The notes under the pieces were generated by a model. It was not told where the DNA came from, did not search any database, and saw nothing but the letters and a program-made list of their open reading frames with translations. A DNA stretch of 64,000 nucleotides from Antedon mediterranea. Its lineage: Eukaryota; Animalia; Echinodermata. Positions 52,589 through 64,000 of the stretch are shown piece by piece. A program made the translations under genes and the position numbers. Position 1 is the first letter of the stretch, and every line of letters starts with the position of its first letter. Location of the stretch: NCBI RefSeq assembly GCF_964355755.1, contig NC_092678.1, forward strand, positions 22,213,365 to 22,277,364, read 5' to 3'.

Positions 52589-52733
52589 AGCTTGGTTCCC
52601 ACTAGCAACGCCGCGCAACGCAAGCGAGTTGACCAATGACAAGCCACTGTTCGAATAATCCATCGCTTTGTGATTGGTCAAATCACTTACGTTGCGATAC
52701 GTCCTTGCGTTGCATCGCTTGTGGGAACCAAGT
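52589..52733. mobile_element. MITE family A copy
   Basis: taa|agcttggttcccactag..gtgggaaccaagt|taa. Confidence 0.75.
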
Positions 52734-55700
52734 TAAAGAAATAAAAACATATACTAGATTTAATTCGTCACTATGACGAATTATGAGTTATATGCATTGA
52801 TTTAAATAAAGATAATTGATTTTTAAAATATATATTGATTGATTGATTTTCTCAGAATCTTTAATTATTTATAATATATGATAGGACCTTGCTAACGCGA
52901 ACACCATAGCCGGTATCACAATCCGATCAAAGATCCATATGCGTTTAATGTCATAAACCACATTTGTTGTTACATAATAATAAAGACATAAGTTAATTTT
53001 TATCTAGATTTCATTATAAATCATGTGTATAATCTATACACTAAGAAATAAATTTGAACAAACAATACGGATAATAAAAAAAAATCTTATTTCGTTTCCC
53101 AAGGTGAGACTCGATCTCGGTACCTTGAATGCCATAGACACGAGCACAGACCATCGAGCCATACACAACTGACTAAAAGTTGTAGAAAAATTCCTCCGTG
53201 TATTTACTATGCAGTAACCACTTTGGTGCAAATAGATTATTACATACCGAAATGAATTATAATTTTTTACTATGATGACATCTTTAAAATGTAAACAAAT
53301 GATGCACTGTCAAACTATATACTTTTAACTTTAATATATGAACTTCTTAAGAAAGAAAGTTAATGTTAAGTTTGTTATTTCGGCCTAAGAAAATGTCATA
53401 ATTTGTTTGATTGTCGAAATTAATTTTTGTAAATTTAATATGCCATTAATGATGACTTAATCAACTTTTGTTCTCTTAATTTCATAATAAATCATACATA
53501 TGATACATACACTTCAAGAAAATGAAATAAAAAATAGCTGTTCCCGAGCATTCCAACGATATATATTAATTTTAAAATTTAGCATATTTTCACCATTTTG
53601 TTAACTTATACGTGCGTAGCCAGTCACTTTTGACGTGCTCGTATAACGCAATTTCGAGTTGAAACGTGAATCAAATATGATGATATTATTAAAGAAAGAT
53701 TGTAAAACAGAAATCGGACAAAAAGAGTGCGCATTAACGTTTAACGCGCAGTGCGCGTGCAAAAATCTGCGCACTCATGGCAATTTTTTAAACGCTTAAA
53801 ATTGCCTGAAACGTACTCTAATTTCATCGAAAATTAATTTTGACAATTTTGAACATTTTAAGCGCGCGTACGCAAGCGTTATATGCGCTACGCACGTAAT
53901 TGTATTGCCATATGATGAAATATGACCTGAAATTTATGAGTACCAAATTTTGTTTAATTGTGATTCATGCTTGTGAAGATATGATTACAAACGTGATTTC
54001 GTAAAATCGCGCGTAGACCGCGTAATTTTTGATTGCGCATCGTAAAAATATAACCACATCGATTCCTGGCCATAAAGAATATACTCTGAAAACTTGACCT
54101 AGCTAGATGAAACTGATGCCAAGATAATTCACGGACAAAATAGTGCTAAGGAAAGAATAAATAAATAAATAAAGATTTTGACAGAATCAAGAGGTTATAT
54201 GCATGATAATGCATATAACCTAATAACACAATGTATACTGTAAGGTTATACTTTCTTTTCCCTTTCCTATTTCTCAGAGGCAAGACATTTATTTCCAAAT
54301 AAATGACCAACGACCCAAGGTATAAACACATTTGATAAAAACAGATAATGAATTTGTAAATAAGTTTTCTATCAAGTAATATTTCTGGAAGACATTAAAT
54401 TGATTCCAGCATAACATAAAATCATCAGTAAGACATTTAGCAAATACATCCATCACACCGAAGAAAGTCAGAAGATGTCGGTCCAAATTATGTTGTTTCG
54501 GGCAACATTTTTCCATATTGAAGGATAATGCGTTCATGTTTCAGTTGTCCTACCTATTGTAAAGTTCACTGTTAACATTAGTATTATCTTCAATGGGTTC
54601 ATCTTGAAAAGATTTGAATGAATAGGATTTTTTATTGAAATGTTAGATTAGGATGAACCATTTTGGAATAAGCGGTTTGTGTACTTCCGAGTGGATTACA
54701 GTAGATTCGCTAGAAATGCTAGAAAACTTAATCTTGACATATTATCATACGTTAACACTTTTATGATTTATACGATAATTGATGAGGCAAGCGGTTTATA
54801 TGTATTGTTTTCAATATGAATATGATTGACTGAACGAATCTTAGAGGATACATCAATAATATATTTATAGAAGAAACACCAAATGTCTCCTAAACAGCTT
54901 TTAAAAAACGTACTTCAAGTTTTTTTAAATTTTTGAAGTAACATTAGGTAATTACTGGAACTAGTCCTATAGTATTTAATAATTGAACCAAAAGGACGTA
55001 CTGTAAGTTCTTTGAAAGATGAATTCGATTTTATTTTTCTTCATAATAAATACTGTATTATTATATACATTGATAGATTTTTTTTATTTCTAAATCCTTC
55101 TTCTTAGATTCTTTCCATTTATTTTATAGGATCTGTCCATCTCTCGTACATTGGTAAAATGTTCATTAACTTTTAAATCAATCAGTTTGCTTAAGTCAGT
55201 TTTCAAAATACTGAAGTAAATATTTTTTTACTTCAGTTATTTAAGATAGAAAGAACCAGTTTTCACTTTGTCCTTCTAAACTAAATAGAAATATTGATAA
55301 ATTCCCGCCCTTTTCTTTCACTCCATATTCCAGCTTCTCTTATCTTCTCTACTCTAACTCAACTCTAACTTCCCCATCCTTCTTTCAAAACGACAGACCA
55401 CACTAAAATAAGTTGCTTTTGTATTATCTTCTGTGTTTTTATCTTTCAGTGTTTTACTTTTGTAAACTTCAGAATAGGTTATACATATAGTATTTCCTAT
55501 TACTGTATAATAATATCGTGGATTTATAAAGCGCTAATGTTATGAAACGTCTATATGCCCTTCTTTGCTACAAATTATATTCAAATGAAATGTTTTTATC
55601 TCAAGATGTTTAGTTATCAAATCATATGACCGTTGATGTTAAATTGTTGATGACACATGACAAGGTAATTATATAGCCATAATTCAATACAACATAATTA

Positions 55701-58700
55701 TTTGATCTTATTTAACCTAAAACATCGGATTTCTTCAATGTGAAACGAACGTAATCTAACAGGTGTAACAAATGTTATAATGCTGATGCAATATAGACAA
55801 ATGTGATCTAAAGTTGACTCAAAAATTGAATGTATATGTAAAAAGTTGATACAAGCGTTGGAGATATAAAATATTCGAATAGCGATGTACTGTAATTACA
55901 CGATGGTATTGTTTTGCATTTTCTGAACATGCGATGATCCACGATAGATAAAACATGAGCTTTCAAAGCCTATAGTTTTATCATTGTGTGCCATCTAAAA
56001 TATCATCAGTGTAATGATTGTATTTCGTTAAAATCTGATTTGAATTGATGTTGTAACTTTATATGCATTGATCCTTCTGACAGACGCTAGATTGTATCCT
56101 TTGATAGTTATCTTGGGAAATCTTGCTCGCTACATTTGCGCGCGAATCTTCAAGCAGACGATATGATTTATTCCATGTGTCACGGCACTATCTGTTGGTA
56201 CAATCCTAATTTACATTTCTTTAATTCGTAATTCTGTCATTAGCAGTGATTCCGAAGATCAGGTTACTCAAATATTGTGTGAGTTACTAAATAAATTAAA
56301 TCAGGATCCGTTGGGGTTATTCGAGGAGTAGCGATGACTGCGCGTGACGCGGTGGTGTATAAAGTTTGCTCAGGCTCAAGAGGTTACCTTCGAGTGCGAC
56401 ATTTTCACAATCAAATATTTCTACTATACTTATAATAAAAAATGAACTGTTTACAATAACATTCTCCGAATGAATCGGTCGAAAAGAATAAATGTTATCT
56501 TCAGCTAATTTTTTTTAATTTTTGGGAGATTTTTTTGTCCTCTGATGATTGGAAACATTTTTTTTCAAACAGTCTTAAGACTACAGAAAATTGTTCACTG
56601 TTCTTTGTAGAACTAGAAAATCCTTCGTTGTAAATAGCATTGATATTTTTAATTCTAATGTAAGACGATAATGCAATTTTTTTAATATTTTTACATTTTT
56701 AACAGTTTTTTTATTTTCAACTTTTTATCTTGTATTTTATCTGTTATAATACTGCACGTTTTAAATTGTTGCAACATTTTTTATGTTTGTTTTTTATTGT
56801 TGTTTTAATCTACCAAGCAAAGTGAATTTCCATTTTTATGGACAAATAAAATTTCTTGAATCTTGAATCTTGTAAGATCCCTGAAATATTGTATGTAACA
56901 ATTTAACTATATTTTGCTGAATAAATGTGTATTTGAATTGAATTAAAAATACAAAAATCGTAGTATATTTTTTTCTGATCTTGACGTAATAAAGGCCTAC
57001 TTTAAAAACAGATTAATTATAGGCCTGTAAATTCTTTTTATGATATAAAAGTCAATTACGTAAACCTCTGACGTAATCATATAGTTATGTACTTCACATT
57101 TAAAGATACAAATTCATTCATTTCGAAAAATAATAATGTATATTTAAAAAATTGTTCATAATAATCTAAAAACAATAATTTCAAAGAGACAATAAAACAA
57201 AAATACTCAGAGCTAAATTTAATTTTATAGATGTGTGTCAGTTTTTAAAGAAAAGCAATTATATAATCATTTTTTTTATATAAAACAAAAATACTTTTTG
57301 ACGTCATATAAAATAGGCCTGCGATTAGATGATCCAGAAGACATTTGTTGTAGAAGTTGAAAACCTAGTATAGTACGACGTCATTCAGATTTCGTTCTTA
57401 CTGAATACAACAAATAGTCATATCGCCTTACATTCCCGTGTGCGAAAAATATTACCAAATATGGCAGTGACAAAAGTTTACATAAAATTCTCGTTTCAAA
57501 TATTATTTACTATATATGTTTGTTTTTAACTGCTCAACGTTTTACGATCGAAAAGGTATTAAAACAATTTAAGTAGGCATACACGGACATCGTCACGAAA
57601 TTATTGTGTTCCAGGATTAGGCTTTTATTAAGGGTTGTTGAAAAAACACAATTGATAAATGTGATTCTACTTAGTTTTTATCAAGATTCTTTTCTGTATG
57701 TCTTTGTGGTTTTACTTACTAATTTTACCAATTCTACAAAGTTCTTAATCTAAATTTATTATTTGGAACAGTTCTAACAATTTCGGATTACATTAAAGAT
57801 GGGCTTTAAGTGTTGGCTTTAACTATGTAACGTTCTCATTACCGGCTTAAGTTAAGAAGATTTCATCCGCGTATAGAAATCCTCGCATCACCTTTGAAAG
57901 GATGGATGGGATTTTAATAATTATTATCATTCCTCTATCAAGTTTAGCTAGAAAATGTCCTTTTAACTTGGCAATGCTTTCTAACGAGACTCTTTATGCA
58001 ACGACCACTTTTAAAATAACAGACATCAATCGTCCGTGACATCATCACCATAAGTTCGACGCGCGCGTAAAAAAAGGTTTTATAACAAATCCTTTGAACG
58101 CCGCGCAATTTCTTCTTTGTATGTGTTGCTGACGACTTATTCTGTAGATGACGTCAGTACAAGACGATTTTCAAACCACGGTCAGCGATTACTCTATTTA
58201 AGACGCTCTACCATAAAAACATAAATCACATCATATCCCAGAGCTTGCGAATTGAAAGTGAATAATGTACGTCAACTTTTCCCCCAAATTACCGTACGAT
58301 TGTTGAAAATTGTTAATAGGCTGCTTTGACTTTTTATTATTTCTACTTTTCTACGCGACAGCAGCCACCTACTTTAATTTAGGATAAGGAACTACTTTTC
58401 TTATGACGTCAGAACCATCTTTGGTGGTGATAATTCAACATTAAATGTACGCACATGATTCCTGTTAAAGTTCAGGTTCAATATAGTACACCGCTTCTTT
58501 CTTTCTTTTTCAGAAGAAGAAATATTTTGGACGTTAAATATGTTAAATACATGTACGGCTTTAATAGAAATTATGAGTCGTTACAAGGGAATGTCTGTAA
58601 GTATCATGCATAAACTTATGATAGACCTGTAGTTGCTTTATGAGTTTAAATAATTTCTTTTCTCTAACTCTTATTTTACTTACTCTGGACACACCTTCAT

Positions 58701-59748
58701 TCAAGAAGAGTGCCACTGTCTCAAAAGTGAAGCTTCCAAATAAATTATATTATATAATCCCGGACCACAAAATCATACTTAGTCCTGTCGTGAGACGTTA
58801 ATGATCGAATTTGGAAAAACAGAAAATATATATATATATAGGCCTACAGTAATTTATTTTATCTTTTAGTTAGTTTTTAGTTTAAAAATTTTAATAGTTT
58901 TAACGAAATGTCATTAAAAAACGGAAATTGGAAGCCAATTTACATAGATAATGATAGTCGGTTATCGCGTGTCGTGTCTTTATATCAATTGCAATATCAT
59001 ATTTTCGCTTTTTCATTAATTTATTTTCGTTTTAATGACTGTTGGATTTGATTTCTGTAAAAGTTAATTTAGATAACTATTATTTTCACTGTTTTATATG
59101 TTATTAATTAAGCAATTAATTAATATTAATTATCATTTTATTATGTGTTTCTACTATTACACGTTTATACAGGAACACACCCGATAAGCTTTTAAATTAT
59201 TAAATTATTAATAATTTTTTTTTTTTTAAAGTGCAGTATCGCGGTTTTAAACCACGCTGTCGAATTATTTTTACCTCCATGCTTACGTTTGTGTTATTCT
59301 TGAAAGGCAATCCCTACTAAATCATTAAACATGATATTTATTAGTATTAATATAAAACAATTGTTATTATTATGATCTACAATTATTATTGTTGTTTGAC
59401 GTCATACTATTGGTATTACGTAATTGAAGGATGACTGTTACGGTAACACAAAATGCAATGATATGCGCGTCTCAAAACGTCACCTTGCATACGTATTTCG
59501 TTAGTCTTCCTCATCCATACGTAAATTCATTGTTTATTCTTTCTGATGTGTATGTAGATTAAGACGTGTGATTACTTTGACTGTTTAATTACAAACGCTT
59601 CTTTTGATCTCTCGGAAGTAATTTAGACAACTTATTAGATATTTATACAGACAGCAAAAAATAAATAAATACAAGATCACTCCGCGATGTGCTTGGGGTG
59701 GAAACTGTGGTTTCGTCGTACGTGCGAACAAACGGGGACGGAGCGTAA

Positions 59749-60136
59749 AGTTCTGTCTACACTATCACAGTATGTGACAACAAATTGTGATATGCCAATA
59801 TATGGACATGATGATTTCATATCACTACCATATTTGGGCGTATCACTACTAGTTTGGTCACTTCACAACTAGTTTGATAGTGTGGACAGAGCGTAATTCA
59901 ACAAAGATGATGCCATGACGTTATTGGTCGAATATAAATATTTAAAGCGATGCTTATTGCGAATTTATTCCGGCCATGATGATGTCATATCACTACCATA
60001 TTTGGACGTATCACTGCCATATTTGGGCACATCACAACTAGTTTGATAGTGTAGACAGAGGTTAAGACAACAAAGATGACGTTATTGGTCGAATATCAAC
60101 ATTTAAAGCGATGCTTTTTGGGAATTGATTGCGGCC
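59749..60136. mobile_element. MITE family B copy with its right half plus flank tandemly duplicated
   Basis: Right TIR at about 59893 and 60062, each followed by caacaaagatga..cgttattggtcgaatat..atttaaagcgatgc. Confidence 0.75.
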
Positions 60137-60575
60137 AAATTCGATTAGATTGTTGATGGTCTTAAGCCTCTTAATCTGAACGGGTATCTGAAGCAATTAA
60201 TTGTGTCTTAACGTTAGTTAGCGCATGATTACAGTGTTCGAAAACCTAATCCTACTGCGGTTAGTGCTTAATTACCCAAGAATAAATAAAATTGCTCGCT
60301 TTTATCTAGTTTACGACAAGCGCTGGCCGTTGTGATTAATAACGGTGCTAAGATATTAAAATGAGACCGTATATAATATCTGAACGGCTTCCGGATGATG
60401 TCGAAATTATCACACTGCAGTTACTGCAGTACCTTCACTGTAATAACGTATAATGGGCCCTACTGTGATTACCCCCAAAAAAGAATGCAAATAATTACAT
60501 AAAGAGGTTTTAAAGCAATTATGCAGTCATATGATTTCCTCCATGCTGCAGTAACCGCAGTAATAATTTCCATAA

Positions 60576-60910
60576 AGCTTGGTTCCCACTAGCGACGCAA
60601 CGCAAGGACGTAACGCAGCGTAAATCTTGGTTCCCACTAGAACGTAACGCAAGGACGTAAACGCAACGCAAGCGTTTTAACCAATGACAAGCGAAGTTAT
60701 AGACAGTTAGCAATCACAAGCGAATAAGCCATTGCTTGTGATTGGTCAATTTACTTGCGTTGCGTTACGTCCTTGCGTTGCGTCGCTAGTGGGAACCACG
60801 CTTTAGTGATTTGAACAATCACAAGCAATGGATTATTCGAACAGTGGCTTGTCATTGGCACGTTTGATACGTTTCGCGCCGTCCTTGCATTGCGTCTCTA
60901 GAACCAGGCT
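60576..60910. mobile_element. MITE family A copy with a duplicated left end, followed by a partial copy
   Basis: cttggttcccactag occurs at both 60578 and 60626; right TIR ends at 60802; a degenerate half copy runs to about 60910. Confidence 0.75.
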
Positions 60911-61141
60911 TAACTAGGCCTACTACTGAACCATGTCATCTTGTTTGTGACAACGTATACCATAATACACTTTGTAAATTTGCCTTAAATGTGTTTGACA
61001 GTTGCTAAATAAAGAAGGCAATAAATGGTAGAAAATATTTATTAAGAAACAATATGGAACTTCCTGGAATGTGACATTCACGGCGAATGCATTGTTCTAA
61101 TTGTTCAAAAACAAGGCCGCCGAACAATTGACAACGACTTA

Positions 61142-61291
61142 AGCTCTGTCTACAGTATCAAACTAGTTTGACAAAAACAAAGTGTGATGTTCCCAAATAT
61201 GGTAGTGATATGCCCAAATATGGTATTGTTATGACATCATCATGTCTATATTATGGGCATATCACATAAATTTGATAGTGTAGACAGAGCT
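61142..61291. mobile_element. MITE family B copy with TTA target-site duplication
   Basis: tta|agctctgtctacagtatcaaact..tttgatagtgtagacagagct|tta. Confidence 0.85.
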
Positions 61292-62399
61292 TTATTCACT
61301 GAAAGCATTATGATGGAAACTATGCACAAACTTCCTAAGGTTTTTTTTCCCGTTTTTGATTGATTTATACATGTTAATTTAAATTGAGTACAGGATATCA
61401 AAGCAATGGATCGCATTCAATCATCTTACGTGGGCAATTATTGAAATTCTTAGGCCTACTTTTTGTTTGAAATCTACTTAAGTAAAATCGTCACAATTAA
61501 TGCTTTTAACACCTCTACTCCCTTCAAACCTGAGTGTCTATTTTCAATATGTCATAAATCCTAGCATTTGTTCTATTGTCATCACTCAAAACAAATTAGT
61601 TTGAATCTAAAAATCAGCTTTTTTTTTGCATAGAATCCCATCTTACCTCCCGATGGAGGAGAAATGCATTAATAGTACTAGAGGGTACGCGAGCGTTAGT
61701 TAAAATCAAAGTGATGACTCGCCTACCACGTACGTTTGAAAATCTACCGATGAAATCATAAATTTTGTTTTAAAACCCTTATATAATATCTTCCTAAGAT
61801 AGAAATATGGAACAATATCGTAATATTGAGAACTAATGTTATTAAATCTACGTTTCGCTGTACATCTGAGATAGATGAGGTAGGTATCCAAGGCGGAGAT
61901 ATTTGCCGAAGTTTTTCCATTGTGCTCGCCTATGCCAGAATTAAGCATAATTTATATATAGATTGTTCTCTTAAAAAATATTCCACGTAAAAAGTGACGA
62001 ATTTGTACGAATGACTAAAAACGGACCGTAATAATAACAGATTTTAGCAAGTCGACTTAAAGGAAAATATGATTCTATTTAATTCGCCCTGTTTCAACGT
62101 ACACGTCACGTGACCGTAGTGTGATTTACGATATTTATTTGATTAGTAAAGATTTTGAGATTTGTTCGGGATTACTCGGGCTTTCCTTGATTTACAACTT
62201 CGGGATAATACTCTGAGTTCTGCTTTTAATAACCGTATAAACTTCTTTGGTTAAGCATCAACTGTTCAGCTATTTTATGTCAGAGAGAATAAACCGTTAA
62301 TACGAATTTCTCTGTATTTAAAGTGGCCCTATAAAATGCATGAATAGTATTTCTTTTTTAGTTTAGTACATAGAAAACTATATGCAGTGAACCTCCCCT

Positions 62400-62790
62400 T
62401 TCGTACACTCCTATTCAGAGGGCAATCCTATTAAGAGGACACTCCTATTTAGGGGACACTCCTATTTAGGGGACACTCCTATTCAGAGGGCAATCCTATT
62501 AAGGGGACACTCCTATTTAGGGGACACTCCTATTTAGGGGACACTCCTATTCAGAGGGCAATCCTATTAAGGGGACACTCCTATTTAGGGGACACTCCTA
62601 TTCAGAGGGCAATCCTATTAAGGGGACACTCCTATTTAGGGGACACTCCTATTCAGAGGGCAATCCTATTAAGGGGACACTCCTATTTAGGGGACACTCC
62701 TATTTAGGGGACACTCCTATTCAGAGGGCAATCCTATTAAGGGGACACTCCTATTTAGGGGACACTCCTATTCAATGGACACTAGCCTAC
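62400..62790. repeat. Higher-order tandem array of 18-bp ggggacactcctatttag-type units alternating with tcagagggcaatcctattaa units
   Basis: Near-perfect repeats; related motifs at 35090-35185, 35630-35700 and (reverse) 44310-44420. Confidence 0.92.
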
Positions 62791-63148
62791 TCCTATTAAG
62801 TGATTTCCTTGCAAACGAACAGGGAAAATTCTTTTAACACTATGTTCCCAAACGTACGTGTCCTCAAAGAGGTTCTTTAAAAACAACATTTTTCCTAATT
62901 ATAATCTATTGATTTTGTTTTGTTCTTATTAAATATTTTGGGCCTAGTTTTATAATTTGAAACATCAGGCGAGATGTTCGGCAAAGATCTCCGCCTTGGA
63001 TACCTACCTCATCTATCTCAGATGTACCCTTGAATTCACTCGAGGAATACACGCGAGAATCTCTTATGTTTAAGAGTACCGTTTAATACTGTATATGAAT
63101 AAGTAAGAGGAACGATAATACACGCCTCATAATATTAAATCACCATAA

Positions 63149-63336
63149 AGGCCAATATACACAGACGAGCGGTAACGGTAAGCTGAAAACCGCGCGGCTT
63201 GTCCCACGTAGAATCCGTATCTATCCTGAGCAGAAACCGCTCGTCTGCTCTCCGCGTTTTTTGTAATGGTCATAAGAAATAGCATGATTCTATATTTTTA
63301 TTACCGTTTATCGCTCGTCTGTGTAAATTGTGGCAT
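63149..63336. mobile_element. MITE family D copy
   Basis: tacacagacgagcggtaacggtaa / ttaccgtttatcgctcgtctgtgta inverted termini. Confidence 0.65.
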
Positions 63337-64000
63337 TAAAAATGGAGGTTATTTTACTAAAGAATAGCCTTGGTCACAGGTGTTGCAGCATTTGATTTTA
63401 AATATAGCTTTAATATTCGTTTGGAGGATTATTCTTCCATGGTTATATCAGTTATATCATGAAGGTAAAAATAATTTTCATTTAGTAGTTTTCCCAACAA
63501 CAAAGGAGCATTGAGTATATTGTGCCCCAGTTCTAAAAGGAGACCCGCTGTGTAACGATTGATATTGTATTTCACATTTTATGTGTTTATTGTGATTTTA
63601 TGAACTAAATATTACAAAGATATGACATAGATATTTTATGTGGTCTGATTATCTAGTTTCAGCAGGTTTTATGTGATGTTGGTCTATCAATCTGTAGCTA
63701 CATTGATTTACACTAATAATGTGTAGTGTTGATATTGTTACACTTTACGAGACGTTATCAGTCAGTAATAATGCGGTAGTGATTGATCTTATGACTATAG
63801 AGGGCGATGTTAATGTTTATTATCGCAATAAAGTCGTGGCATTTTGGGAAACCTTATCACAGATTTTCTAAACTTTTACCAAATATAGAATTTAATAAAA
63901 CATTTATAACTCCTCGATTAAAAGATTTTATTATAAACAGAAACCCAGATGAAAGTTTTATTTTACATGTGTCAAAATGGAACAGCAGTTGAGTGCATAG

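Noticed and set aside
62400-62790. Regular repeat array superficially like a CRISPR array
   Set aside because: The intervening units are themselves repeated rather than unique spacers, there are no cas genes, and the context is eukaryotic.

Overview
AT-rich, intron-containing animal genomic DNA, probably an invertebrate deuterostome and possibly an echinoderm (inference from the repeat content, not proven). From left to right: two complete tandem 14-exon SLC23/NAT-family transporter paralogues (+, 1122-12851 and 14236-21516), the first with a 5'-truncated L1/Tx1-type LINE in intron 1; a complete 9-exon Rab GDP-dissociation inhibitor gene (+, 22704-28123); and a minus-strand two-coding-exon gene (35860-35743 joined to 32734-32442) encoding a 136-aa secreted protein with a signal peptide, dibasic sites and amidation glycines, i.e. 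a neuropeptide precursor I cannot assign to a known family. Beyond about 36 kb I found no convincing coding sequence, only MITEs, tRNA-derived SINE heads, tandem arrays and candidate regulatory DNA. The main observations are the orphan neuropeptide precursor, exon-limited gene conversion between the SLC23 paralogues, and two degenerate minimal hammerhead-ribozyme motifs in Penelope-like remnants. All exon models and counts were read by eye.
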